IMG/VR virus record: IMGVR_UViG_3300045999_009829
Length of the DNA: 64,000 bases
From: a virus
Reading direction: 5' to 3' (one strand)
The notes below the pieces were generated by a model. The model ran no database searches. It was not told where the DNA came from and saw only the letters and a list, made by a program, of their open reading frames with translations. Position 1 is the stretch's first letter; each line of letters starts with the position of its first letter. The position numbers were made by a program, and so were the translations under genes. Below, one piece after another: positions 44,772 through 55,900 of the stretch.

Positions 44772-46522
44772 CAGATGAGTCTCCCAGACACCGCAGCCTC
44801 AAGCCTATTGCCCACGTTGGCGTAGACTCTGATCTTGAAGCCGCTCGGTAGGTACTTGGCCTGCTCTAGGATCTCAACCGTCGCGTCGGCTGGAATGATC
44901 AGGTCATAGCAGTAGTAGCCCTGGATATTGTTGGAGCCATCAGTCCAGACCACACGAGCCTTGACGTCGTTGACTCCGTCGTCATTGCTCAATAGCACCG
45001 ACTGGATGACAGCGTTGCCGGACGCAGTGTAGAGGTCCGTAAACGTAGCGTCAGCAGTGATGTCCACGCCAGCCCCAAACAGGTTGGTGCTTGTCTGGGT
45101 CTCGTACGTGATCGTGGCGTGCAGAGGAGTGTTGTCCTGAACCTGGATGCTCAGCACGTCAGATGGCTGCATGACCTTGGGCATCTTCAAGAGCTCGACT
45201 GCAGACTCTACAGGCAGAGGAACTGTGGTAGCAAGGGATACGTTGGCATATGTTGCCCCGTTGATCTTAGCAGTCACGCCGCTGTTTGCCGTTCCGATGT
45301 TGGTCACGTGGATGGAGTACACGATGTACCTGAGACCAGCAGTTCCTGGAGCCGTGAATGCCGGTGACAGAGTCGAGTTAGCAGCAAAGCCGACCGAGGC
45401 GGTGAGACTGGTGTTGAACAGTCCGCTGCCACCGCTAGCTGCAACGTTGGCCCAATACACGCCCGTACCGTTTGATGACAGCACCTGACCTGATGTGCCA
45501 AACGTACCGTTTGCTTGGATTCCGGCGCCGTTGGAGATGATGAGCTCGCCGGTTGCAGATATAGTCAGGTTTGCCGTGACGTTGGCAGACCCAGAAATGA
45601 CCACATTGCCACCGAATGTCGAGGTGGTGTTGGATATTATAACGTTGGTGGCGGTATTACCGACTCGTATGTTAGTCAGTCCGAGGCTTGTGGTGCTAGT
45701 AGAGTTCGATATAAGGATGACAGAGTTTGAGTGCTGGGTGTTGACCGTGGTGTTACCGACAATCACGTTAGTCTGGTAGGTGTGCACTCCCGTGATGGTG
45801 TAGGCGGCAGAGGTGTTGACAAACATAGAGGAGTTGACGTGCACGCCAGTGGTGTTGACTACCGTACCGGTTCCCTGCACGACAAGCAAGGATCCTGTGC
45901 TGGTTATTGGCCCACCACTAAGTCCGTTGCCGCTGGCTACATTGGTGACGCCGGTAGCCGCAGGTGTGCTCCAGTAAATACCAGTTCCGTTCGAAGAGAG
46001 GACTTGCCCAGACGTGCCGACCGACCCGTTAGCCACCAGAGCTGCTGTGCTAAGGAAGGTGACATCGCCTGCAACACTCAGGGTGTTTGAAAGAACTGCT
46101 GCCCCGGTAACGGTGATGGTGTTAGAGAACGTGGAGTTGCCAGTGACTGAGACGGTGTTAGACGTGACTGAGACGGTGTTAGACGTGATTGTAAAGGTGT
46201 TTACGGCCGCCGTAATGACTTGAGTCGTGGTGTTTGCAGCTACAGAGAATAGGTTTGCTGTCGTGTACCTAAAGGCTGAATTTGAAAGTATGAGGAGAGA
46301 GCTATTGGTCGACACGTTCCCGCCGACCAGACCGCTTCCGGCATAGAGCACGTCTGCGCCGAAGTGGCCCTGGACATACCCGTTACCGACCGTCAGTGAG
46401 CCTCCAGTTGTAGAGTCGGTGGTGACGGTGTTCTGCGTCATCAAGTTAGCGAGTCGGTTAGTTACCGATAGCCAAGACCCGAATGTCTGCGTATTTGAAA
46501 CTGGTGTAACAGTTATTGTCAT
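44771..46522 (-). CDS. tail-fibre-like structural protein
   Basis: N-terminal TFGSW...TN.L motif; two GTSGQVLSSNGTG.YW modules; duplicated C-terminal beta domain. Confidence 0.75.
   Translation of the reverse strand: MTITVTPVSNTQTFGSWLSVTNRLANLMTQNTVTTDSTTGGSLTVGNGYVQGHFGADVLYAGSGLVGGNVSTNSSLLILSNSAFRYTTANLFSVAANTTTQVITAAVNTFTITSNTVSVTSNTVSVTGNSTFSNTITVTGAAVLSNTLSVAGDVTFLSTAALVANGSVGTSGQVLSSNGTGIYWSTPAATGVTNVASGNGLSGGPITSTGSLLVVQGTGTVVNTTGVHVNSSMFVNTSAAYTITGVHTYQTNVIVGNTTVNTQHSNSVILISNSTSTTSLGLTNIRVGNTATNVIISNTTSTFGGNVVISGSANVTANLTISATGELIISNGAGIQANGTFGTSGQVLSSNGTGVYWANVAASGGSGLFNTSLTASVGFAANSTLSPAFTAPGTAGLRYIVYSIHVTNIGTANSGVTAKINGATYANVSLATTVPLPVESAVELLKMPKVMQPSDVLSIQVQDNTPLHATITYETQTSTNLFGAGVDITADATFTDLYTASGNAVIQSVLLSNDDGVNDVKARVVWTDGSNNIQGYYCYDLIIPADATVEILEQAKYLPSGFKIRVYANVGNRLEAAVSGRLI
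46143..46184. repeat. exact 21-bp tandem duplication (SNTVSVT x2)
   Basis: gtgactgagacggtgttagac occurs twice in tandem. Confidence 0.9.
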
Positions 46523-46737
46523 CTCTGCCCTACTAGATCCTTGAGGAGACCCTTGATCTCTCTGAGTTCACTCTTGAGCTCGTCGTGCTCTCTGAGAACT
46601 CTGTCGATCGCCGCCTCCTTGGCCTTTCTTGTTTTATAGCTCTGCAGAGCCAAACTATCTGTATTTAGGATAGCCGATGAAGAGGTGTCTCGAACTAGAC
46701 TCTCTTCATCCTTGACCTTTAAGTACTGATTCATCAT
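46519..46737 (-). CDS. small conserved T4-like protein following VrlC
   Basis: KVKDEESLVRD.SS.AILNTD...LKSELREIKGLL. Confidence 0.75.
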   Translation of the reverse strand: MMNQYLKVKDEESLVRDTSSSAILNTDSLALQSYKTRKAKEAAIDRVLREHDELKSELREIKGLLKDLVGQR

Positions 46738-49700
46738 GTCTGCAGGGCGATTGCGCGCATGTCGGAGACCCTGGGAACTATGTGGGACCCCTCCTCGGTG
46801 GTCATCACTATCTTCACCGCGAACGTCTTGTATGAGTGCACGTGAGCGCCCGTACTGGTGTAGTAGGAGACCACATTGCTCAGGGACAGGTCCTTGAATG
46901 CAGTCTGCGGCACCACGTACAGGGATGCTGTGTTCGCAGAAGCCGCCGGAGTGATGGTAACCGGAGTCGACGTGCCCGCCGTAGCAAGTCTGACCGCGGT
47001 CGTGTTAGAGGTGAACACGCTGTAGAAGCCGTTCGATATGCTGTTTGATGCGGTACCGATGTAGTAGACCAGCGTGCCGATGTCGAGCGGAGTCGTGTTC
47101 GAGATCGTGATGGTGTTGGATGATATGCTCGTGTTGGTGAACGTGCCGTAGACAGCGTAGTCAGCCATTGCGGTGTTCGACGCCGCGTTGACTGCATACT
47201 TGAATGGCAGATCGTACACGAACTCCTTGAAGTCGTTTCGATCGACTCTGCTTGACACCACCGCAGATGACGTATTCTGGTTGAGGGGCGTCCACCACTT
47301 GTTCTCGATGCCCTCAGCGTCCTCGCCGTTCAGGAACTTTGCATACACCGTTATGTCGGTGTTGGACGGCTTGTAGGCTGACAGGTACACCTGGAGATCC
47401 TCGGCGTCCTGACCCTCAGCCAGAACAACTCTCTTGGAGATGTACTTTGCGCCCGTGTTGCCGCCCGTGGGATAGGTCTCTCTGGCAAGGGTAGAGGTGT
47501 TGCCGGAGACATTTCGTAGTGTGACTATGTTGGACTTGATGTCGTCGATGAACGGCGAAGTCTTGTTTGTTGTAGCAGTGAGAGGGATGGTCACCTCGAC
47601 ACTCTTTGCGCCGCCCGCCTGCAGTTCGTTGGAGTACGACCTGATGGTCCTCTCACGATCTGTAAAGAACGTCTCAAGGTCGCCGGTCATGGTCGTGTAG
47701 ACCGCGTCGTTGGTAGTGGCGTTGGATCCCTTCATCTGCAGGTACGCGGACGTGCCAGTGGGCGAGATATAAGAGAACTGCGGGATGACCACCGAGTAGA
47801 CCAGGTTGTCGACTGACACCAGATTGGCCTTGGCCCGTGACTCCTCGCCGATAAGGATTGCGTTTGCGGTGCCCGTGACCACGTTTCCAAATCCCGACGT
47901 GGAGTTGGCAGAGGACCTCTCCAGGTGCACGATACCTGTGTCCAGAGAGACCCTGGACATGTAGCCGAACAGAGCGCCGTTCGACTTCAGGTAACCGATG
48001 GAGCAGTTGCCGTCAGTGAACGAGAGTATGGAATCAACCACCACGTGACTCGCGTTAGGGACGCTGGTGATGAACCTCACGTCGGTCGTGTTTCCGGTGT
48101 TGGACGTCACGTAGATGTAGCTGCCGTTCGCGAACAGGGCCTGCGCGTTCGAGGTCGAGTTGGCGATCACGGCGATGGCGTTAGATGAGTTGCTAGTCGA
48201 CACGTTGGAAGAGATGATGTTCACGGCATTGCTGACATACACCTTCTCTCCGGCAAGGAAGAAGCCGCCGAAGTTGTTGGCAGTCAGGTACTCGGTGTTG
48301 GAGTTCTTGTACACCGCAGTGCCCGATGTAGTCGTGAAGTTCTTCCTGTGGATGACAAACTTGATGTCTTCCTTCTGGAACGGAGTCCAGATCCTGTTTG
48401 TCGACGATGTGAACATGACGCCGGTCGAGTTGTTGAAGTAGACTGGGTTGCCAGTTCTGATGTCGGTAGCCCCGAGCTCTCCGAGCCAGATGTTGTACCC
48501 GTCGTTGGATCCGTCAGGCATCACGACAAAGCAATACTCTGAGCCAGCCTTGAGGAACACGGGAGTGTCAAACTCGAACGAGGTCACTGCCGTCGAGTCG
48601 TTGCTGACGGTGACCTGAGCGGCAGTCAGGTGCTTCCTGCCGAACGGCACGATCTTAAGCGTCGGTGACCCGTTCTCGACTTCGCGGATCTGAACCTCGA
48701 CACCGAGCGTGGGGTGCTTGGTCCTGAAGAACAGGTCAAGCTTCTTCATGAAGATGCCGGTGTTATCCTCGATCTCGTTGATGAGGAACGTCTGCGCGAT
48801 GGGGTCCCATTGCTGAACTGTTGTGTTGATGACTGTACTGGAGACCGTTCTGGATGAAACTCTAGTTCCCTGAGTCACGTTCACGGTGTTGATCGCGATG
48901 TCAGGAAGTCTTGAGTTGAGCCCTAGTCTGGCCTTCGTGATCGTGATGTTGCTGGCAGAGTAGGTGGCTGCAGCCTGTGTCGTTACAGAATCAGCTGCCA
49001 CGACTAGATCGTCAACGTCGACAAGCCTAAAGACTCTATCACCCGTCTTGAAGGTCTCAGCCGGGATGATGAACCTTCCTTGAATTGTTCCAAGAGAGTC
49101 CGTCACAAGGGGATCACCCAGGCTTATAGATGAGGTAGGAGAGCAATGCTGAGACACCGGCTGACCGTCAAAGTATGCATACACCCGGGTATTCGGCTTT
49201 AGGTTTGTAGCGCTGAAGCTTATCCTGCGAGGCCTGATGAACTGCTGGATTGCAATGTCCTGAACCACGTCGCCGAAGTCGAATGACGTGTTGAGAGTCG
49301 ACGCACTGAAGTCGAGGTCAGATCTAATAGTCGTTTCGGTTGTTGTTGCTACTACGTCTCTGGTTGTGGTAGTGGTTTGAGTCCAATTTTGTCTATTTAC
49401 TGTTGTAGAGGTTCTGTCGACTGTTGTCGTAACCGGTGAGCTGCTGACGATGCGCTCAACACCTGTGAGGTTTGGCAGAGCATTGATCAGAGGGGTGAGA
49501 CCAGACAGGTCGAAGTTTGCAACCACGTCTGGGTTTCTGTCGATGTCTGGCTGTGCGTCGCCGCCGGGCGTCAACTCGATGTTGCCCGTCCAGACGTAGA
49601 TGATGTTCTCTACGCAGTTTCGCACCTTCGATGCAAAGGGCTGCTCGATGTATGGGACCGTGTTGCCTACCAGCGTTATGAGGTTTCCTTCCTTCACGAC

Positions 49701-52700
49701 TCCGGTGCTTGCGCCCGTGTCCAGATCTAGATCAACGTAGGTGCGATTGACGGTCGGTGCCATCTCCTGCAGCTTGATGTCGATGGATGCCTTGAACTCG
49801 GGGCTGCTGGTGTCTGAAACAGTGAAGCCCTTGAACGGATCGACGATGAACCCGTTCTTGAACCTTTCAGCTCCCGTATCATCCTTTACAATCAGTGTCT
49901 TTGCAGACGATTCGAGAAGGGATAGAGATGTGTAGTACTCGAGTCGGGCCATCCTCTTGTCGATTGTGCCGATGTCGCGCATCGTGTACCTGCGATTCTG
50001 CTGCAGGTCGATAGTGACGCCGTACTCTGGCCTCTGGTATGTCCTGACATCAGCCTGTGACAGTGACGGATACGGGGAAATTGTCAGGACGCCGAGGGTC
50101 ATGGCGCCGTCAAGGTCTCTGGGCGATAGCGGATTAGCGGCCGGGGCTCCCTCGACCGTGTTGATAACGCCCTCTGGAGACAGGGCTATCTTGTCCTTCC
50201 TTCCCAGGTAATAAGAAAACGCTGTGTTGAAGTTCTTGTCGGGCGAAGGCGAATAGGCGCCATCCACGTCGATGAACAGGACCACGTTTGCAGATGGATT
50301 CTCGGTCGCGTTGGCTATGAGCGTAGCGCTGTTTGCGGTGTTGTTGGAGTACGGCCTGAAGTCGATGGAGTCTCTCAAGTCATACGACACGCCAGTTTCA
50401 GACGTGAACACAGGGATTTCCTGCGTCAGGATTGCCGTCGTGTTGGCGGTGTTGGCGTCGTCGATCGGATACGACATGACCGAGAAGTACCCGATGCCGC
50501 CCGAGTAGTCAGGAGTGAGGTGATCGAGCTCGACCAGAAGGCGATCGTTTGCGCCGACCGTGTGACCGCTGCCTGGCTTGATCGAGAGCTGAGCCAGCCC
50601 GTAGTAGCTTCCCTTCTGTCCGCTGTCAAGAGAGAACAGTCTGGACAGGTTCTGATTCGTGGTCGCGTATGAGGTGCCCTGGTAGACAGCTCTGATCTTT
50701 GTGACGTCGGCAATGCCAAGTGACCACGGGCCCTGGTTGCCTGCTGGGTGCGTGTTGGCCTGGATCTTGACAAAGCGATTCTTGTTGATGACCTTCGATG
50801 CCTGAACCGCCTGGTTTCTGAACGCGTCATAGTAGATGGTAGCGACAAATGTCGACGCCAGGTTGGTGCCTAGGTTGAAGGTAGCTGATGAGCCGTCAGA
50901 TGCAACCACCACGTTGGCGGAGTCATCCCTGGTAAACGGAATCGGTGCGCCTGCAGGGAAGTGTCTAGCTACCGTTGCAGTCGTGTTGGCGTAGCTGAAG
51001 TTCGCGTTCACCACCATGTGTGTGGTGTTGGTGATCGACGTGACCCTTCTGACGTTGAACACAGAGGAGTTGCCGACTGATACGTAGTCGCCCACCTCAA
51101 AGTTGGAGGTGAACACGGCGTTGCCTGTGACGTTGGGAGACGAGGTGTTCACGCTCACCGAGACCGCAGTCACGTTGACGGCATTTGCAGCCGTATTGGC
51201 TACCACTACGAACCTGAGCTCGTTTGCCTCTGAAAGAGATCCCGTCAGTGCAATGGTGTCCAGACCGCCCGGGTGCGAAGCGGCGGGAGTCAGTACGGCA
51301 GTGCCGTTTGCCTGGAACGTGCGTGTGCCCTTTGTCCTGTAGAAGAACGAGGTTGCAGTCGTGTTCACGGTCTGGATGGCACTGCGACCCAGGCTGAACA
51401 CCACATCAGGAGTGGCCGTCTCTCTAAGTACGGCTGAACCGCTGACCAACACCGCATCTGCATATCCAGCTACAGAGGCGCTGTCGGTGGCATAGACCGA
51501 GCGAACGTCGGCAAAGCTAAAGTTGCCGGCAGTTATGTTGATGTCGAACAGGTACATCCTGTACGTGCAGCTCGGGGTGCCCGGGATGCCGGAGTCGTAC
51601 TCCAGGCCTCTGACCTTGGCGGTGCCGATCAAGTTTGCCGGCGCAGATCCAGTCGGTGTGTAGTCGCCAGCTGTGAGCTTTGTAGCCGCAGTTGCGTACA
51701 GACCGACATCGTCGAGCGTGTTGATGTCAAAGACGCCAGCCAGCTCGTTGACGATGACGTAGTTTCCGTAGTTCGCGGTGACGATCTGGTTGGGGAAGTA
51801 GAGGGTATCAGTTCCCTTCCTGATGTTCGCGCGGTTGGTGTCGGCATACTCGACCCTGTAGCCCTGGACGTATCCGAGACCCCTGCCCACTTCAAGCACC
51901 AGGTTATTGGAGTTGGTGGTGTTTGACGCTACGCTGAGCTCGAATGGGTCAACAATGTAGTTGCCTGACTCCTCGAATGTCCTCCTCGCCATCTCGTTTC
52001 CGATCTTGGCGTACTGGGGATCAACGAGCTTGACTACGGGCTTACCGCCGTTGAAGTCGACAACAGAGAAGAAGTTCGAGGTGTTTGCCGCAGAGTTAGA
52101 GGTGTCGATGGGCCTTGTAGCGAGTCTGGGAAACAGCTTGAGCCTGTTTGCGCCGGGCGCATTGAAGTTCGGTGAACCCAGCGCATTGTCGAACAGAGAG
52201 GGATCACTGTCAGATGTGGCGATGGTCTCGTCAGTGATGAACCCGACCGTTAGGTCCTCTGGGCTGTTGTCGTACTTCGACACAACGATTGTCTGGGGCT
52301 GAACTGTAATGAAAAAGCCCTTGTTAAACACGGTGCCCTCGGATATGGACACCGCGTATCCGGTTCCGATGGGAGAATAGGCGGCATTTGCAACTGCCAG
52401 TTCCGCAACCTGAACGTCGTCTGGAGTCCTGATCTCTAGGACCTCGTCAGGATCGAACGTCCTCTGCTGAGCGCCGTTGGCGTAGTTTGTGGAGTTCAGG
52501 TACTTGACGTAGAAGGTGTTTAGGTTGGGGTCGTTGGTCTCTAGACCTGCAATAGCGTTAACGATGACAGCCTGGAGGTTTGCCGCTGACACCAGCTTGT
52601 CGCCGACAAAGTCACCGACGCTGATCACGAAGCCGTTTGTAGCGGTGTCTGTCACCTTGACGTAGGCATAGCCGTCGTCGAATGCCAGAGTGCATCCCTC

Positions 52701-52889
52701 GACTACAGACCCCTCCTTGAAGATGTGTCTGCCGAACTTGTCGATCTGATCCTGAAGGATTGTCTGAGACTGAGTTAACTCACGAGCCTGCACAGCAACG
52801 CCGGGCTTATACAGCACCCTGTAGTAGTTGCTGTTCGCGCTGTAGTCATCAAAGTAAGGGGCTGCGTTGAAGTTGGTTTCTAAAGACAT
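46734..52889 (-). CDS. large VrlC/DUF4815-like baseplate/virion structural protein
   Basis: FNAAPYFDDY...YYRVLYKPG.AVQARELTQSQTILQ.QI, ARRTFEESGNY, RRYTMRDIG, RFKNGFIVDPF, DPIAQTF. Confidence 0.9.
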   Translation of the reverse strand: MSLETNFNAAPYFDDYSANSNYYRVLYKPGVAVQARELTQSQTILQDQIDKFGRHIFKEGSVVEGCTLAFDDGYAYVKVTDTATNGFVISVGDFVGDKLVSAANLQAVIVNAIAGLETNDPNLNTFYVKYLNSTNYANGAQQRTFDPDEVLEIRTPDDVQVAELAVANAAYSPIGTGYAVSISEGTVFNKGFFITVQPQTIVVSKYDNSPEDLTVGFITDETIATSDSDPSLFDNALGSPNFNAPGANRLKLFPRLATRPIDTSNSAANTSNFFSVVDFNGGKPVVKLVDPQYAKIGNEMARRTFEESGNYIVDPFELSVASNTTNSNNLVLEVGRGLGYVQGYRVEYADTNRANIRKGTDTLYFPNQIVTANYGNYVIVNELAGVFDINTLDDVGLYATAATKLTAGDYTPTGSAPANLIGTAKVRGLEYDSGIPGTPSCTYRMYLFDINITAGNFSFADVRSVYATDSASVAGYADAVLVSGSAVLRETATPDVVFSLGRSAIQTVNTTATSFFYRTKGTRTFQANGTAVLTPAASHPGGLDTIALTGSLSEANELRFVVVANTAANAVNVTAVSVSVNTSSPNVTGNAVFTSNFEVGDYVSVGNSSVFNVRRVTSITNTTHMVVNANFSYANTTATVARHFPAGAPIPFTRDDSANVVVASDGSSATFNLGTNLASTFVATIYYDAFRNQAVQASKVINKNRFVKIQANTHPAGNQGPWSLGIADVTKIRAVYQGTSYATTNQNLSRLFSLDSGQKGSYYGLAQLSIKPGSGHTVGANDRLLVELDHLTPDYSGGIGYFSVMSYPIDDANTANTTAILTQEIPVFTSETGVSYDLRDSIDFRPYSNNTANSATLIANATENPSANVVLFIDVDGAYSPSPDKNFNTAFSYYLGRKDKIALSPEGVINTVEGAPAANPLSPRDLDGAMTLGVLTISPYPSLSQADVRTYQRPEYGVTIDLQQNRRYTMRDIGTIDKRMARLEYYTSLSLLESSAKTLIVKDDTGAERFKNGFIVDPFKGFTVSDTSSPEFKASIDIKLQEMAPTVNRTYVDLDLDTGASTGVVKEGNLITLVGNTVPYIEQPFASKVRNCVENIIYVWTGNIELTPGGDAQPDIDRNPDVVANFDLSGLTPLINALPNLTGVERIVSSSPVTTTVDRTSTTVNRQNWTQTTTTTRDVVATTTETTIRSDLDFSASTLNTSFDFGDVVQDIAIQQFIRPRRISFSATNLKPNTRVYAYFDGQPVSQHCSPTSSISLGDPLVTDSLGTIQGRFIIPAETFKTGDRVFRLVDVDDLVVAADSVTTQAAATYSASNITITKARLGLNSRLPDIAINTVNVTQGTRVSSRTVSSTVINTTVQQWDPIAQTFLINEIEDNTGIFMKKLDLFFRTKHPTLGVEVQIREVENGSPTLKIVPFGRKHLTAAQVTVSNDSTAVTSFEFDTPVFLKAGSEYCFVVMPDGSNDGYNIWLGELGATDIRTGNPVYFNNSTGVMFTSSTNRIWTPFQKEDIKFVIHRKNFTTTSGTAVYKNSNTEYLTANNFGGFFLAGEKVYVSNAVNIISSNVSTSNSSNAIAVIANSTSNAQALFANGSYIYVTSNTGNTTDVRFITSVPNASHVVVDSILSFTDGNCSIGYLKSNGALFGYMSRVSLDTGIVHLERSSANSTSGFGNVVTGTANAILIGEESRAKANLVSVDNLVYSVVIPQFSYISPTGTSAYLQMKGSNATTNDAVYTTMTGDLETFFTDRERTIRSYSNELQAGGAKSVEVTIPLTATTNKTSPFIDDIKSNIVTLRNVSGNTSTLARETYPTGGNTGAKYISKRVVLAEGQDAEDLQVYLSAYKPSNTDITVYAKFLNGEDAEGIENKWWTPLNQNTSSAVVSSRVDRNDFKEFVYDLPFKYAVNAASNTAMADYAVYGTFTNTSISSNTITISNTTPLDIGTLVYYIGTASNSISNGFYSVFTSNTTAVRLATAGTSTPVTITPAASANTASLYVVPQTAFKDLSLSNVVSYYTSTGAHVHSYKTFAVKIVMTTEEGSHIVPRVSDMRAIALQT

Positions 52890-52906
52890 TCAGTAGACCC
52901 TCTGGG

Positions 52907-55900
52907 TTAGAACTTTATAATCAGTCTTAATTCTTCTGTGCTATTTAACGACCTAGTGATCACGCTGTTTGAATTCTCTATGTAAAGAACTCTACCCGAT
53001 TCCCGTGTTAGGTCGGGATCTGTTACCAAGCTCAGTGTGGCCACAGACCCTGTATTCTGTCCTGTAACAAGTTGAGACCCCGTCTCAAAGTTATTAGCTC
53101 TGGAGACATCCGAAACGATAACGACCTGATAGTTCCTCTGCACAGTCGCTGTGGATCCCAATCCATTATTTATAACAGAGTTGGCGGGAAAGAGACTGGT
53201 ATTACTGACTGCGGTCAGCTTGATGTAGCTTGAGTTGGCAAACACGCACTTGGCGTTTGCCGACGTATTGGAGTTGGTCACGGTGTCACCGATAGAGAAT
53301 GATCCCGAAACTGAGTTGACCTGTAGATCTAGATCATATCCAGTCAGTATGACCCTGCCCGTGGCGTTTGTCTGAGCCTGCGTGATGGTCTCGAAGTTTG
53401 CAAATGCGCCTGTGTTGCTGTTGATAGTCAGCCTTGATGTCTGGTTAAACCTATCAGCAAACGTAGTCGACAAGTTCCTTGAGCCATCAGCGCTGAATAT
53501 GGAACTTACGGTCGCTACTGCATTCGACTGCAAGCCGCGGATCACCTGGTTGTTGGCAAGAGAGCCGACAACGTTTGACAAGTACAGAGTCGTATTTCCG
53601 ACATACAGTGATATCTTGCCAGACGCGTTGGTGTTGACCTGCAACACGTTCTCGCCCTCGATGAACCTGACCGACGTGACGCCAGACACGTTGGCCGAGG
53701 CGCCAGATGTCAATCCAGCGATCGTGTTGGACTGGGCAAACACGCCTGTGGTGTCGTACAGGCGCAAGACGGTAGAGTTACTGGAGATGACCTTTCCGAC
53801 TGCATTGGTGGTTGCCTGCAGGACATACTCGTTGGGCACCCACGAGCCCGCCTGGTTTGCCAAGTTTAGATCAACGCTGGTGTAGTTTACGGTCTGAGCT
53901 GTGCAGTTTGCAAACTTAGGATTCTTAAGTATGCCTATCCTGCGGAAGGAGACGTTGGACGGGAAGTACCAGCTCTCGTTTGCGGTGGTGTCAAACTTTA
54001 TGGTCATGCCGGCATAGCGAGCGCCTAGTTCACTTATCGGATCAAAGCCGTGTCCCTCCAGAGGAGATATGACGGGCGCAACAACGGCGCCTGATCCGTA
54101 TAGCGTGTTCGAGTACACCACCACGTTTGCCTGAGTGTAACCTGATCCGGGTGAGATCACGCTGACGCTCTGGATGGCGTTTGAGAATCCGGTGTTTGGA
54201 TTTACGGTTGCAACCGCGATCGCTCCGTTGCCGTCACCCGTGATCCTGACTGTGGGCGCAATCTCGTACTCGATGGCGCCGCGTGACAGGTTGACGATCG
54301 AGGTGAGAGTCGCTAGACCCGTGTTAGAGCCAGTTGTTGATCTGAAGTCGACTGGATCACCGAGCGTATATGTGCCAGATGGATTCCTAACCGTGACGTT
54401 GGGGTTGCTGTCCAGAGTCACAATGTCGGCAGCCAGCTCAGACGAGTTGCCCCGGACCCTCTGACCGCTGTACCAGGTGCCGCTGATTCCGGCGATGAAC
54501 AGCGTCGATGAGTTGGAGTATGCTACCGTGCCGTTTGCGTTGAGTGAGGCATTTGCTGACGTTACAAAGTCCACTCTCTCACCCAGGATGAACGAGGCGC
54601 CCGCCACCGTGGTGTTTGAGATTGTGAGCCTTATGGAATCCAGGTTCGTATTCGAGATGATGCCAGATGCCACTGTAGTCGTGATGGAGGACGGCAGTAG
54701 AGCAGTTGACAGCTTGTAGGTGTTTGCGGACAGAAGCGTGCTGGAGAACGGACTGTCGACTATGACTACGGTCGAGTTGACGCTGCTGATTCTCTTGATG
54801 TTGTTGTTGGCGTTCTCTCCGACCCTGAAGAAATTGCCCACCGAATACTCAGCTGCCAGTGTTGAGGCTGCAGCCGCGTTCACGGCGTACATGCTTGTCG
54901 GGACGATCCTTCCGGTTGCTCTGATTCCCTGCAGCGTGTGACCGGTCTGAGTCGCACCCTTCGTCAGGGCAATCCTGTTCCCCGGCGACGTATTTGAGGT
55001 GTTGGAGAATGCAACCACGGTCGAGTTCGAGAACTGGATGAAGTACACGGAGTTGTTTGTCAGCCCTCCGATTACCGTATTTCCCGCTGAGACCGTATAC
55101 CTTATCTGGTCACCGACCGCAAAGGAGTTGGCAGTTGCCAGAAGTACAATGTTGTTTGAGCCCTCACCAGTACCGCCGGTCACGTCTGTGTTCGCGTTGA
55201 AGGTCTGCGCCGTCGGGGCTGATACCGTCACCGTCGGCTCTGAGATGTAACCAGTTCCGGTGTTGGATATGTTGATGGCGACTATCTTGCCAGTTGAGTT
55301 GGCCTGCGCGTTGGCGACTCCACCAGACCCGCTGTTCGACGTGATGGTTACGGTAGCGTTTCCTGTGTATCCGGATCCAGCTGTAAGGACTATTCCAAGC
55401 CCAAGCGTTGATGCATTGGATATGTTGACCTTGTCTGTCCTGAGGGCGCCCGTATCGGATAGGTCCCTGATCGCCAGTCCCACAGTAAAGTCCTGGTCCT
55501 TGTTGAACTTTGAGAGCCGGAGGACGTTGCTGTTGGCAGAAAGGACCGTGGCGGCAACGCCTGACGTAGTCTGCACGACGTTGGCGCCAGCGTTGAAGTA
55601 GCCCGTGCTGAACACGTAGTTGATGGAGTCTATTTCCTGCCGCACCGTTTCACCGACGGTGCCGCCAGAGATGGTGACGCTGTTTGCAAAGTCTAGACGG
55701 GTGTATGTCTCGATGGGTGAGTCAATGGTCGCGGATCTGGTCGGGCCCACATACGAGATTATTTCTCTGACCTGACCTGCGCCGAATCCGGACTTGAGGT
55801 ATATTGACGACTTTACGTAGTGCCCATCAGCGGATGAGGAGTCATCTGGAAGCTTGATCGTGAGGGTATCGACAATGGCATCGATGAATCCAGACTCATA

